Source: Eledone cirrhosa
Taxonomy: Eukaryota
Length of the DNA: 64,000 nucleotides
Assembly (NCBI GenBank): GCA_964016885.1
Contig: OZ024741.1
Location: forward strand, 85,188,001-85,252,000
Direction of reading: 5' to 3'
The notes below the pieces were generated by a model that saw only the letters and a program-made list of their open reading frames with translations, was not told the origin of the DNA and did not search any database. The translations under genes were made by a program, and so were the position numbers. Position 1 is the first letter of the stretch. Every line of letters begins with the position of its first letter. Positions 13,668 to 26,929 of the stretch are shown piece by piece.

Positions 13668-15193
13668 AGGTTCACAGAAATGGACCGAGTGCAAACTATC
13701 CTTGAAAGGACGAGCGGAGGTGGCGAACGCTTTCATAGCGTCCGTCATCTACTACCGCTTGACCGTCGTGCCTTGTCCAGATAAAACGCTCACCAAAATG
13801 GAGCGCGCGCTCTTCCAATTCCTTTGGAAGAAGCGGGTTCCTTTGGTGAGAAGATCCATCTGCTGTCAACACCCTTCAAACGGAGAGATGGGTCGCTGTG
13901 GCTGACGATGTGCAAACACGCACTCAGGCTGCGGCACCTCCACGTATTCCTCACCGAACAACCGGTGTGGGCCCCGTTCGTGAGGCGAGCTGCAGTCCTG
14001 GGTCAAGCAAAGACCGAGGAAAATGGGTGACTGGCACATTGAATGTGTTCAGGCGCTCATAGTCCTCTGGCAAACGGACCCGGCGATCAGTGGAAACTCC
14101 ACCTCGTCATTCTATGAAGAGTTAGTCCGCAGTAAGTGCGATGACACTCTCGGAGAAACTCTAGGCATAGAGGAAGACGAACTGGTCAGTCTGTTAGATA
14201 GGACCTTCCACCCGGGACCGATGGACAACTTCCAAAAGTCCCTGGCCTGGCAGTACGACCGAGGAGCTCTACCCGTTCGAGACAAGCTCTACAGACACGG
14301 GCGTCCGGGCAGAGATCCCTCGAAAAAGATCTGTCCGAGATGCGTGCGGGACGAGGAAACCGTCGCGCATGCATTCGTACACTGCCCAGGCGTTACCGAC
14401 CTGTGGAGCTACGCAGAACGACTACTGTCGCGGGTGGGACAAATCCGGTTGACCACCGAGTCCATTATTGCGATCAAACCGCCACTTTCCTTCAAAAACG
14501 AAGGAGAGGCGGTTTTCCTGTGTGTAATGGCTATGGTGAAAGAGGCTATATGGTGGACGAGACTGAAAGGGCTGAGGTCAGACACCTTTCTCTCCGGTTC
14601 GCTTCTTCAAATATCATTTTAGAAAAAGAATCAAAGTGGAGCGAGAGGTGCTGCACCCCAGAAAATTTTACGAAAGGTGGGTGAATGTGGCAAGGATGGC
14701 CCGAGTGGTTGGGCCTTCTCTCTATATAATCATGTAGGTTGAGGAAAAAGAGGAAGAGATGAAAGGAGCGCTCACTCTTCGAGCTCCTGGAGATGAGGGT
14801 TGTACATTTTTTCGGGGTGTGTACAACCCACGTGTAACGCCTCCCCCTATTGGGGATTTCAATTGTTAATTGCTATTTGTTATATGTTATTTGTTATTTT
14901 TTTAGGGCGTTGGATTGGCAGTATTGGTAGAGGGTCGGACGCCATGCTTTGCAGCAAAGAGTTACGGCCCTTTATGCTTTGAGTTCAAATCCCGCCGAGG
15001 TTAACTTTGCCTTTCATCCTTACGGGGTCGATAAAATAAAGTACCAGTAATACACTGGGATAATTGCTGGCCTTGTGCCAAAAGTAGAAACAGTTATTTT
15101 TTATTAATTCTATTTTTTTACACGCTTGTATGTAAACTCCCCACTCTGTATTTGTCCCCATCTTTTTGCGCCCTTGTGGCAAATAAAGAAATA
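13668..15193 (+). mobile_element. L1/Tx1-clade LINE, 5'-truncated (same subfamily as 26716-31811)
   Basis: ORF2 C-terminal remnants (KGRAEVAN, HGRPGRDPSKKICPRC...HAFVHC). 13-bp TSD tatctatctcctt at 13655-13667 and 15194-15206. Confidence 0.9.
14906..15090 (+). mobile_element. tRNA-type SINE nested in the Tx1 3' UTR
   Basis: A-box-like tggcagtattgg, B-box gagttcaaatcc, core domain; TSD-like gttatttttt(t)a. Confidence 0.9.
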
Positions 15194-16650
15194 TATCTAT
15201 CTCCTTCTCACACTCTCTTGCCCTTCTCTTTGTCTTTTTTTTTTTAATCACAACTTACCATCTAAAATAGGGAAAGCACGTATTCTATAGATTAAGGTGA
15301 TGAAATCACGATCATAAGGTTGTGGTTTCGATTCCTTTATTGGTTGACGTGTCGTCTTCTTGAGTAATACACTTTATTTCCCGTTGCTTTTCATAAAATA
15401 TGGTCCCCTATCCTTAAAACACCCGAGAAACCGTCTATGAGATACAACCTCTTAAAGGGCCAAGTAAACATGTAGATCTGCGAACTGTGAATTTCATTTT
15501 TATCATTTCATCTAAAATATGAGGGAACACATGATTGAAAAAATAATCTCAGATAAATATAACTGGAACACCATTCGATCATAATCATATAGACGCAGAT
15601 ACCGTTATGTAATTATGGGAACTGCATCGCAACCACGTGGTTTCGGGTTCAGTCCCATTGCATAGCACATTGGAAAAGTGGCTTCCACTACAGATTCGGG
15701 TTAACTAATGCCTTTGTGGGGAATATATATATGAGACATGATGTATGTATGTATGTGTGTGTGTGTGTGTTTGTTCGTTTGTTTTCGTTTCCTGTTTGTT
15801 TATCTGCCGTAACCTAGCGGTTTGACAAAGTGGATCCATAAAATAAGTACCACACTTGAGAAGAGTAAGAACTTCGATCGATACGACCTACAAAAAAAAG
15901 TGGTACCCACGTTTGACTATTTTCGTATTACTAAAAGCACTAGAAGAATAAAATAGTATATCTGAGCTAACCTGCAACTAATCAACAACAAAACAGCTTC
16001 TACCTGAAATTAACGTATAAGAGGCTTAGTATTCTATAAACACGTGTGCCTTTAGCGTAAAATACGGTGTGCGACAAGGTTGACTCTTTGAACTACAGGT
16101 GCAGTTCATTCATCCGACTAGTTTCCAGAGAGTTTTCGTCTACCCATTTTCTCTCTCAAAATATGCGTCAACCAGAGGTTATGGTAAATAACACTTGCAC
16201 AAGATGCCACATCGTAAGATCGAACCAAGAAGCGACTAATTAACCATTCAGTCATTTTGTGTCCATCATATTTAACTGTTAGACCAACATCGCTACCGAC
16301 GACGAGTGTTTCAGTCGTTTGATCAACGGGACATCCATTTTGTTCAATTAATATGCAGGTGACTGAGCATTCCACATACAACCAATGGAATTCGAAGGAC
16401 GATTCATTGTGACAGAGCGTGCGAGAAATTATACCACTTTGAATTACAGTTAAAATCACTTTTGGTGTGTGAACAGGGACAATGTAATCGAACTCATGAC
16501 ATTACATTTGTGAGCTCAACACCCTTATCACTAAGCCACACGCTTTCACTGAGAGCATAGCAATGTTTTAATGATTGACTATTTTATACATAGCAACCTG
16601 AACGAGACTATTTCGATGCCATTAATACAAAAACATGTTTTTGTACGTAC

Positions 16651-16716
16651 AATGTATATATATATATATATATATATACATATATGCAAATGTATATATG
16701 TACGCATATATTTATG

Positions 16717-16780
<64 letters not shown>

Positions 16781-16834
16781 AATTTATATATGTACGCATG
16801 TATTTATGTATATATATATATATATGTATAAATA

Positions 16835-16879
<45 letters not shown>

Positions 16880-16945
16880 GTATATATATATACATGTATA
16901 TATATACATAAATACATGCGTACATATATAAATTTGCATATATAC

Positions 16946-16980
<35 letters not shown>

Positions 16981-17032
16981 CATATATATATACATAAATA
17001 CATATGTATATATATATATATATACATAAATA

Positions 17033-17094
<62 letters not shown>

Positions 17095-17440
17095 ACAAAT
17101 AAAGTGACGCTACGTATTTGCCATTAATGGTATTAGATAGTGTACCGAGCTCTATCAGATCTGTTTTTGTGCTGCGTGATGATGTTCCAGTGAAATACTA
17201 AAGAATGTTCCAGGGACTGTTTTTCATTGGTTCTTATTCCTTTGATCTATTCGAATCATCAAAATATTACACAAGCCAGAACGATATAACCACAGTCGAT
17301 TTAGTCAATATACATGGGAAACATCTTTTCTGGAACAATGTTATACTGACAAACTGATAAAAGCTAAGTTGTGTGCTTACATATAGGAGGATATACACAT
17401 GCATACACACAAACACATTTACATATACACACACACGTAC

Positions 17441-17500
<60 letters not shown>

Positions 17501-17518
17501 GTGTATATATATATATAT

Positions 17519-17549
<31 letters not shown>

Positions 17550-17639
17550 CATATATACATATATATATATGTATACATATATACTTATATATATATATAT
17601 GTATGTATATATATATATATATGTATGTATACATATATA

Positions 17640-17691
<52 letters not shown>

Positions 17692-17776
17692 TTATATATT
17701 TATAATCAAAAAAGGCATGCATTAACACATATAAACATACATATGAAGTATATGTTTTGGTGTGTGTGTGTGTGTG

Positions 17777-17811
<35 letters not shown>

Positions 17812-17820
17812 ATATATAAG

Positions 17821-17878
<58 letters not shown>

Positions 17879-18314
17879 AGTATATATGTATACATACATA
17901 TATATATATATGTCTATATGTATACATACATATATATATATAAGTGTATATGTATATATGTATACATACATATATATATATATATATATAATATATATGC
18001 GTATATGTGTTTGTGTGTATTTAGGAATACAGTGGGATATGCTTATATATACATAAATGGAAGATTGTATACATATGCATATGTTGTGTGCATATAACAT
18101 CCAACTGTATATCCGTATATCGTGAGAGACCAAATTTACTTTGAAGCATATATTATTTAAAAACGCATCTATGCTGCAGTTTTAACATTAATATTTAGGA
18201 ATTTTCATGTGCATATATTCCTTTATAGTTCTTCACAACAAATGCACCCCCACATACAAACACATACACACATGTGTGTGTGTGTATATAAATACATACA
18301 AATGTAGAAATTTA

Positions 18315-18348
<34 letters not shown>

Positions 18349-18397
18349 ATGTATATATACATACATACACACACACACATATATATATGTATATATA

Positions 18398-18430
<33 letters not shown>

Positions 18431-18435
18431 TATTA
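16651..18435. repeat. Compound (TA)n-rich microsatellite fields
   Basis: Read directly; interrupted by short unique segments. Confidence 0.9.
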
Positions 18436-18849
18436 AATTTCTACATTTCACTTATCTGTATTGAGTGCTCATTCAGTTAACGTTTGAATGATTTATATAC
18501 TTCGGTATTTTAAATACACACTTATATATATATATATAGAGAGAGAGAGGGGGGGGGGCGTGTGAGTGTGTATAATTATATAGTATAGTATAGTTTGGTA
18601 AAGAATATCCAAATTTTGGGGTAACTGAATCTGTGGAATAGTATGTAGTATATAGATATTTATTACACTAATTACAGTGTCATTTGGGTGCAATTGTTTC
18701 TCTGGTCGTCTTTTTCAGAGCTTTCACAGCTCTTACACACCTATTCCGCGGCTTGTATTTTATGCATTTATCTATAATAAACCCTTACATAACCCAAAAT
18801 TTCGAATCTCTATGAAGTGTATTTCGTAAGATCTCGAGGAGAACTACAA

Positions 18850-20025
18850 CTCGAAATATTTATTAATTCAACATGGCATAAACTAAAAATGTGTAAACAC
18901 GTCTAAAATATTAATCAGGAATCCCTTCACATGTGGAAAGAAACACCAGAAATTATTGAACAGAAGTAATGCGAAAGTTAGACAGTTGTATAGGATATGT
19001 TATAGAAAAAAGCAACCATAAAATAAGTTGGGAAGGGGAGTATAAATGCAACTGCAGCATACCGTGCAGCTAACTACTCAATATAAAAATTCCTGAAGAC
19101 AGTTATTGCATGCCACGCCAAAGTAACATTGACCAATGATAAAGAGAGTAGCTGCATTCAATTGACAGAAAGATTGTCTCAAATGCCGCTACATATAGCA
19201 AGCTAGTAGCTACCACCGTCCAAGCAAGCAAGAATGTGTAAGCGATTTATCCAAATATATCTTTATACTGAAAGTGAAAATCAACTTTGTAAGATATAAA
19301 TCAAATAAGCGATCATAGAATTTGTCAAAATCTTCTCCGAGAATGCAAAAGTGTGCAACTTGTGCTTAGCAAAAAATATATTGTATATTATCACAGATAA
19401 AATAACATACTTAACAAATAACTATATGAAAGAACCGCATTGTGGTTGTTTGAATTGCTAGAAAAAGCAGCCACTTTCCACTCTATATACACTATACAAA
19501 AAAGTAAGAACACCTTTAATATAAACATTGCCTAAAAACAGATACGGTGAACAAGGCTAGAACACCTTGGAAAATATCTCTGTTGGATCAGAACTGACTC
19601 AGTTTTAAACAAAATACAACACTTAACACAAAACAAAAACTAGTTTCGATATGTGGATAAAGAAACTATATATATCCTACAAACAGACCAAATACAATAA
19701 AATAGCAGTAGCAAAGTTGTTGAAGCATAAAACAATATAAATCAAAGAACAAATATCGTATATGATTAACCAAAACATTATGAAGAGAAAAAGCATCCAG
19801 CAAAGAATTGATTTAGTCAACATGACAGTTTAAATATTGAAATATACGTATATGTGTGTGTGCGTAGATATAGATAAATATACATTATGTCTGTGTATAT
19901 AGAGATGCGAGAAAGCCCATCTCAATTCTACTTTTGACAAACATAAGAACTGTGAAACCGGTAAAGGAAACAAATGAATATTCTTAAAAAGACTCTAGTT
20001 GCATTTTCGATTTCTTTTCCTTATA
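18850..20025 (+). mobile_element. Highly decayed PLE 3' region (endonuclease remnant plus F4 terminus)
   Basis: By-eye translation gives KCNC...C near 19045 and AKVCNLCLAK near 19345, resembling Cys motifs around PLE GIY-YIG domains. Ends with the F4 terminus and (TA)n. Confidence 0.45.
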
Positions 20026-20247
20026 TATATATAACAATGAGGGTGTGTAAAATCGAAGTTGCAGCAACGGCTAGCATCTCTCGAAAGAACATCCTTCGGA
20101 AGCTTTACACGAAGCACTCAATAAGATGATATCGATAATCGATAAATTAAATCTCAGAGTAATAAATATTCGTTAAAGGTGGGACAAATTGAAAACTGTG
20201 GTTACGTGGAGATTGACACAGTAGTCTCCACAACGAGGAAAATACAA

Positions 20248-20299
<52 letters not shown>

Positions 20300-20546
20300 A
20301 TGCTACACACATAATATAACAAACTTAGTGTTTACAATACATGTGGGGTTGAACAAACTAATTTATATAAAACTATGTTAAGGACGTTATATGGATAAGG
20401 TTTGACAAGACATGAAATAAGTATAAAATATACAGTTCACAATGATTAACATATATATATATATATATAATGTAAAACATGTAAAGTATATTATGGTTAC
20501 TAACTTTGAGCACCACACATTTCTAGTCGCCTACCATGCAGTAGAT

Positions 20547-23500
20547 CAGTGGTCGCCAACTTTTCTAAAACCGAAGAACCCTCTAAATATTTGGAATTCT
20601 TCACGGAACCTATACAATACAAAACTTTTCAAAAAAAAATAATAAAGTATTTATTTATTTTAGTGTTTCATGCGTGTGTATGTAATCGAACACAATTAAC
20701 TAGTGGCTTTTCTGCTGCTGCGCCTCATCAGTGAGTTTAGAAAATCGAGGTTCAACACTAGTTAATGCCAGTCTCATATACTCGTCAATTGCTAACAGTT
20801 TATTCCTCTTCTTTGTGCAGATTACTACCAACTGCGAAAACCCTTTTTCGCACAAGTAGCTAGATGGGAATAAAGTAAAATACTTCAATGCAAGTTGGCT
20901 GATTTCATTAAACTCCCCAATCAAGAATAAGTCGATCCATAGTTCTTTCTTTCTGCTTTCGAATATCACTTTCAGGTCTTCGTTTGAATTCAAATCCATC
21001 AACTGATGTAAGCATTGTGCAGGTAGTAAATTTTTACAATTTCCAGCGTCATTTTCTGACACTAACTGCTCGATCTCGGTGAACGGGTTTTTTATCCATA
21101 AATTTCCGCTAACAATATCTTTTTCCATCAAGTCAAAATAATCTGAAAATCTTGTGGAAAGCACATTTAAATGAGAAAGAATAATCTTCTTTAGATTGCT
21201 GGAGTCAAAATGTTCTCTCTTTTTAAGCTCTATTTCAAGGTTTGAAAGTAATGAGTAATTGTCCGATTCAATTCTTTTTATAAAGATGTTTAATTTTGAT
21301 TGAAAATATGTAATAAAATTAATTGAAATAAATATATCTGCATTGTTACCCTGAAGACACTTATTTAGTTTGTTCAGTTCACCAAAAATGTCTACTAAAT
21401 AAGCGAGTTGCACATTCCATTCATTGGTTTCTAATACACTTGCTCTTTCATCATTCTGTTTTTTTAGAAAAACTATTATTTCTTCTCTCAGTTCAAAAAC
21501 TCTCTTCATAGCATCCCCAAAAGACAGCCAACGCACATCATTGTTCAATAACAATCTATTATAATTACTTCCAGAAGATTCACATATAGATTCAAACATT
21601 CTAGAATTTTTTGCTCTTGAATGGATCAAATTGATAATTTTGACAATGTCTTTCAGCTGGTCATTTAATATTTGAGCATCTCTGTCTTTGAATTTTTTTG
21701 AACACAAAACCTCTCGATGAATCATACAATGATTTGAAATACAATTTGGGGTCTGTTCTTTAATTTTTGCAATCAAACCAGAATTTTTACCAGTCATTGC
21801 AGCTGCTCCATCTGTTGTTATTGAAGTCAACTTGCTCCAAGATACACCATTTTTTTTTAAATACTCTTCAATTTTATTGAATATATCTTGACCTTTAGTT
21901 GTGATGTCTAATGCCAGACAAAACAAATACTCTTCTACTAATTCTTTTTTATAAGGTCTACAAACCGTACATAGCAAATTAATTGAGCCTTGTTATTAAT
22001 ATCCGTAGTTTCGTCCACTTGCAGACCAAAACATGGGCTTTTCTTTGGTGCAGTTAGTATCTGATTTTCTATATCAGAAGAAATATCAATTATCCCTCTT
22101 TTTTCGGTATTTGCTGACAATGGTAACTGGCTTAATTTTTCTTTGTCCTTAATACTGCAGCTTTCAAAAAGATTCTCTGTAGCAATTTTTATACTTGGCA
22201 GAATTAACTGTTCTCCTAATGTAAATGGTTTCTTATTTTTACCAATCAAATGTGAAATCTCAAAAGATGTTCCTGTTAAAGCTTTATTTCTATCTGACTT
22301 TTTACAAAACAAGTCATACATATTAGCTTGTGATTTTTTGATGTTGTTTTTCAGCGAAGTAAAGTATTCCAGTGACTTGTTTTTATCATTGGTGTGATTA
22401 GTATCAATGTGTCTTTTAAGTTTTTCAGGATTTAAAGAGCTATTTGATAGAACTTTTGAACATAGCAAACACATGGGCTGATCTGGTGTATCTTTTTTAG
22501 TGTCAGCTTTTTGAAATCCATATCTAACATAATCATCACACCACTGTCTAACCTTACTGCTGGTATCTAACTTCAGCTTCTTTGCAGTAGACATCATATC
22601 AATGTTATTTATCTACAGTTAAAATTTTTAATATGACATTAATAAACAAGAGAAATTAACAGTTTTTTTAATTACAAAAAGTACTTAAATTAACTTTAAT
22701 TTTAGATATTTGGAAAAACTTAACTAGTTAAAAAAAATTTTAATTTTTAAAAATTGAAATTTCTCCATTTTAGGATGGCAAACATATTATTTAAAGTCTT
22801 ATAATAATATTAAAATATTAGGGGTTACTGAAAAAGGTGCAAATTTATAAACAACTAGAGAAATTTTTTTCAGAGTCCAGCACTTCCTGCATATAGTACT
22901 TTAGGGTCGTATTAAATATTATTGGTAATGTAAATATATTTAAATATCCGCCATACTAAAAGGTGCAAAAAATGCAAATCAGCTGATAGTGTAGAAGATG
23001 TGACGATGGTATTGGAAATTAATTCAGATATCTTCTATCTATTTTGACTCAAAGTTAGATATAATATAAGAAGGCTTTTAGGCTGCGTTAAACATATATT
23101 AGATTGGAACAAATAAAGTTTAGTCAAATGTTTGTGGACATATATATTTATTGTATAAAGTAATTTCTCAATTGTGAATGCAGATGTCATCAAATGAATA
23201 CATAATTGTGTGGCAAAGTTTATAGTGCATGCATGGAATACAAAATTACCTTTGTTAGTAGTCGAAACTTTACAGGCGTTATATTTTCTGTGCAAAGTAC
23301 AACAGAATGTAACGTGTTCGTATTTAGAATTGTCTGTGGAACTGGATGCATGTTGAAAACGACTAGTAAGCGAGTTCACTCTGTGAAGAAAATTTAGGCG
23401 ACTTTAAAGCTTTTGTGAGGACAGCAGATTAAAACGTGTTCTCTATTGAAAACATTCTACTGAACTTACGTTGTGAGAACAGCGAACTGACTCTGTCTCT

Positions 23501-23946
23501 CGGTTGAGAGACCTCGCTGAACTGAGGTTTTCAGTTTAAAGTTATGCTGTCATCGACCAACATTTACTTCTTCGTGATTGATCAATTTCTAAGTTCAATT
23601 AGTGTATTATCAGTAGTAGTCAAATTCTCGGAATTCAGAAAACTATGTCTTTCCAAGGATTGATGTGAAATTGAAAGTATTCAATTTCCACGAATCTCAG
23701 AACAGTGTTTTTCTGCTAATTCAAGTGAGAAACTGAAAGTAGTGTTTTCCACGAATTGGAGTGAAGAACCTGTGTACACTACAATAGTACTCGTTCATTT
23801 ATACATTGCACCTTTGGCATTTTCTTTGCACCTTTTTCAGAAAACCCAAAATATTAATGGTAATGTAAATATTTTTTTTTTTAAGGAACTCGGAGTTTGT
23901 TTTACGGAACCCCAAGGTTCCGCGGAACCCATGTTGGCGACCACTG
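20547..23946 (-). mobile_element. hAT DNA transposon, Charlie/Buster type, full length (3400 bp)
   Basis: Perfect 14-bp TIRs cagtggtcgccaac / gttggcgaccactg. Identical 8-bp TSD cagtagat (20539-20546, 23947-23954) with central TA. Confidence 0.97.
20700..22597 (-). pseudogene. hAT transposase (ZBED5/SCAND3/Buster-like) split by one frameshift near 21945
   Basis: BED finger CLLC...LKRH...H, QVDETTD, TTDGAAAM, HCMIHRE, RWLS and SSYLCEKGFS across ORFs 21938-22597 and 20700-21977. Confidence 0.93.
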
Positions 23947-24855
23947 CAGTAGATGACTGAAATACTTCGTAAGCAGTAATATGTACTTTATTTTTTTTTT
24001 TTTTTTTTTTGCATATTTTTTTCGTCTTTAGGAGTAAAAGTCTACCATCTGGGAGTTCTCGGTACCAAACCCCCATATTCTTGTCCTTCCACGTATTGCG
24101 TGGGTTTACCATCTACAATGTTACTGGATTTGATTACTGTATTTCAAGGAATCAATGGTTAGCATCTTTATTGTAAATTTTGACTGAGCTGTTTATATTT
24201 ATATTTTATTTATATTTTTTCTCTTCTTTTCTACTCTTCTAACAACAATCTGCCAGCCTTCCTCATCCTCCGTTTTGCCCTCATTATTACCAATTTATGG
24301 AGGGGGAACTTCGGTATCTTTCACCTCATTATTTATCACCTTCCCACCGACCGTACACTCGAAAATGTGAATCACATAAATTCTAGTTTTTTAATTAAAA
24401 CGTACATTAAGTTTATTTTATCTTAAAGAACAGATATTTCTAAGAAATAAGACCATTAGTAAAATAATTCAAAACAAATGTAATTACTAGAAAAATGCTT
24501 GAATAATTGCAATTAAAATAGCATCTATAAAGACATAAGAGGGCTAATTAGTTGAATATCTTTCATTTGACTTTTGAATAATGAGCTTAATGAGATCAGA
24601 TATGAGATGGAGACTAGAGCAGGAAGAAGGCAAAGCAAAAATAGTGAATACAAAGCAAGAAAACTTTTTTAAGATATGATCTACCAAAGACAATGTTTTT
24701 CATTAAGAGTTGTATATTAAAAATGTCATCTTGGTTCAAGAGCGCAATGATCTATTCATATACAACGTTCGTACATACATACATATATTAACATATGAAT
24801 GCATAAGTAAATGCAAAGACACACACACACACACATTTATATATATATATATGTG

Positions 24856-24907
<52 letters not shown>

Positions 24908-24912
<5 letters not shown>

Positions 24913-25313
24913 GGAAAAATGAAACGAAATTTCATTTCTCACTCTTAGTATGGCTGTTACTTAAATATAAGTATGTATACGTACATACATATATGTATAC
25001 AGATGTACAATTGGATGTATATATATACATGCACACATACATATATGTACGTATGGATTTACCGAGCATTTATTATAATGCTCGGTTTGTTTGTAAACAA
25101 ACATCCCGAATTAAGCCGTACAGTGTTTAGCAACCATCGTTGCCCTTTTGTTCAACACTGACAAAGGAACGATGTACTAGTTTCAACCTTATTATCTATC
25201 GTCAGCACCGCATACCTTCCTGCCAGATGATTGAACGTCTGAAAGTATATACTTTCCTTATGCATATTAACGGCTGAGCAGCCTAATTTGCATATCGAGT
25301 GAGTTAATCGGCC
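24908..25313 (-). mobile_element. F1 hammerhead repeat, single ~405-bp copy (stem II mutated; HHR ~25169-25210)
   Basis: Same unit as 9358-9803; abuts (TA)n at the same end point. Confidence 0.85.
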
Positions 25314-25512
25314 GGTATAGATACACATATAGATACACATATTTTCCAATTAATTTGAACTATATCTATGAATATATTTATACATATATATGTGTGTGTG
25401 TGTGTGCGTGTGTGTGTAGAGGGAGAAAGAGAGAGAGAGGCGGGGGGAGTGGGAGATAGATATAGAGAGAGTGGGGAGAGAGAGAGAGAGAATGGAAAAT
25501 TAAATAATATCG

Positions 25513-25624
25513 ATGAGCTCGGTTGGTCTCCACTCGGATCAATTAGAGACGGTTGTGTCTGATAATTGCTTCTGAAGGCGTGTATGAGGACTCTGCGTGA
25601 CCCTCCCAAGAAGAAGAAGAAGAA
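25513..25624 (+). mobile_element. RTE 3' end with (GAA)n tail
   Basis: gagctcggttggtctc...ggatcaattagagacggttg...gaggactctg...aagaagaag matches the other RTE ends. Confidence 0.7.
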
Positions 25625-26061
25625 TCTATATATATTTATATGTTTGTGTGCGTGTGTTTTGCTATCGTCTGTAATGCTTCTTAACAAGAGAGCGGTTCTC
25701 CAATCTGTTACACAAACTGGCATTACAAGTGCTACACCGCCTTGATGCGCGAAATTTCCCGCCAACAAGGTGGTTGACAAGGCAAAGATTCAGCTGTTAG
25801 CTCGTCTTATATAACTGTGGGCATTTTCTGCTGATATACCGTTAACACGCCACCATTTCTCGATAAACTGCTATCTTTTTATTCGCGTGACACCCACTCT
25901 CCTCTATTTTAACTTTATTCTCTCTCTAATCCCTTTCTCTCGCTCCCCCACTCTCTCCCCAACTCTCTTTCTTTCTCTATCTCTGTTTCTCGTTCTCCCT
26001 CTCCCTTTCTCTCTCTCTCTCCCATCTCTCTTTCTCCTTCTCTCTTTCACCCCTCTCTCTC

Positions 26062-26098
<37 letters not shown>

Positions 26099-26455
26099 TC
26101 CTTACTCTCTCCTTGTTTCTCTTACTATCATTCCTTCGTTTCCTTCATCCTTATGTTATCCGTCTGTCTTTTATCTTTCAACTTGTTTAGCTCTGCAGCC
26201 GGACCACATTCTTCTGAAGAATGTCAAAAGTATTTTTAATTTTCCAATTTTCCTAGCGTTAACATGTTGCACATTTTATATGCTAAGTCCGTTGCATATT
26301 TATTTATAGTCGTAATATTTTGTATATTGATTTGATTCTGGCAAAATACACGCGCAAATTTTCCTGCCCATTTTTTGTTTTCTTGTCGTCTTACATGCAT
26401 GTTACCAATACAGAGATTCTCTATTCAATTGCGCAAACTAGCAAACTAGAACACA

Positions 26456-26506
<51 letters not shown>

Positions 26507-26520
26507 ATGCATATAGAAAA

Positions 26521-26650
26521 TGAGTACCAGCAATAGCTGGAGGTTTAACCCTGCGATGGACTGGCGTCCTGTCCAGGGGGGGAGTCTTGTACTCTCAGTC
26601 GCTTCACGCTATGAAAGCACCGGCAAAATGAGCCTTCTGGCTTAAGACAG
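26521..26650 (+). mobile_element. SINE remnant with V-domain-like core
   Basis: ccctgcgatggactggcgtcctgtccaggg resembles the conserved V-SINE central domain as I recall it. Confidence 0.55.
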
Positions 26651-26929
26651 ACTTTAGACTTTTTTATACATATATATATATATATATATACGCGCATACA
26701 GACACATGGATAGATTTCTGTATTTACCATAAAGGCATAAAAAGAAGGGACAAATACAAAGGGGGAGTTTACATATAATCGAGTAAAAAGGGTGTAACAT
26801 GAAAATAATCGAAAATAACCTCAAAAGGGAGGGGACGTGATGGGGGTTGCACACACCCCCGAAAAAGTGTGCAATCCTTTGCCCGGGGAGCACATGGAGA
26901 AGGTGCACCCCTCTCCTTTACTTCTTTAC

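Noticed and set aside
14906-14995. tRNA gene at SINE heads
   Set aside because: A/B boxes only; continues into the SINE core with TSDs and no convincing cloverleaf.
20700-22597. Domesticated ZBED5/SCAND3-like host gene
   Set aside because: Intact TIRs and TSD show it is a transposon copy.
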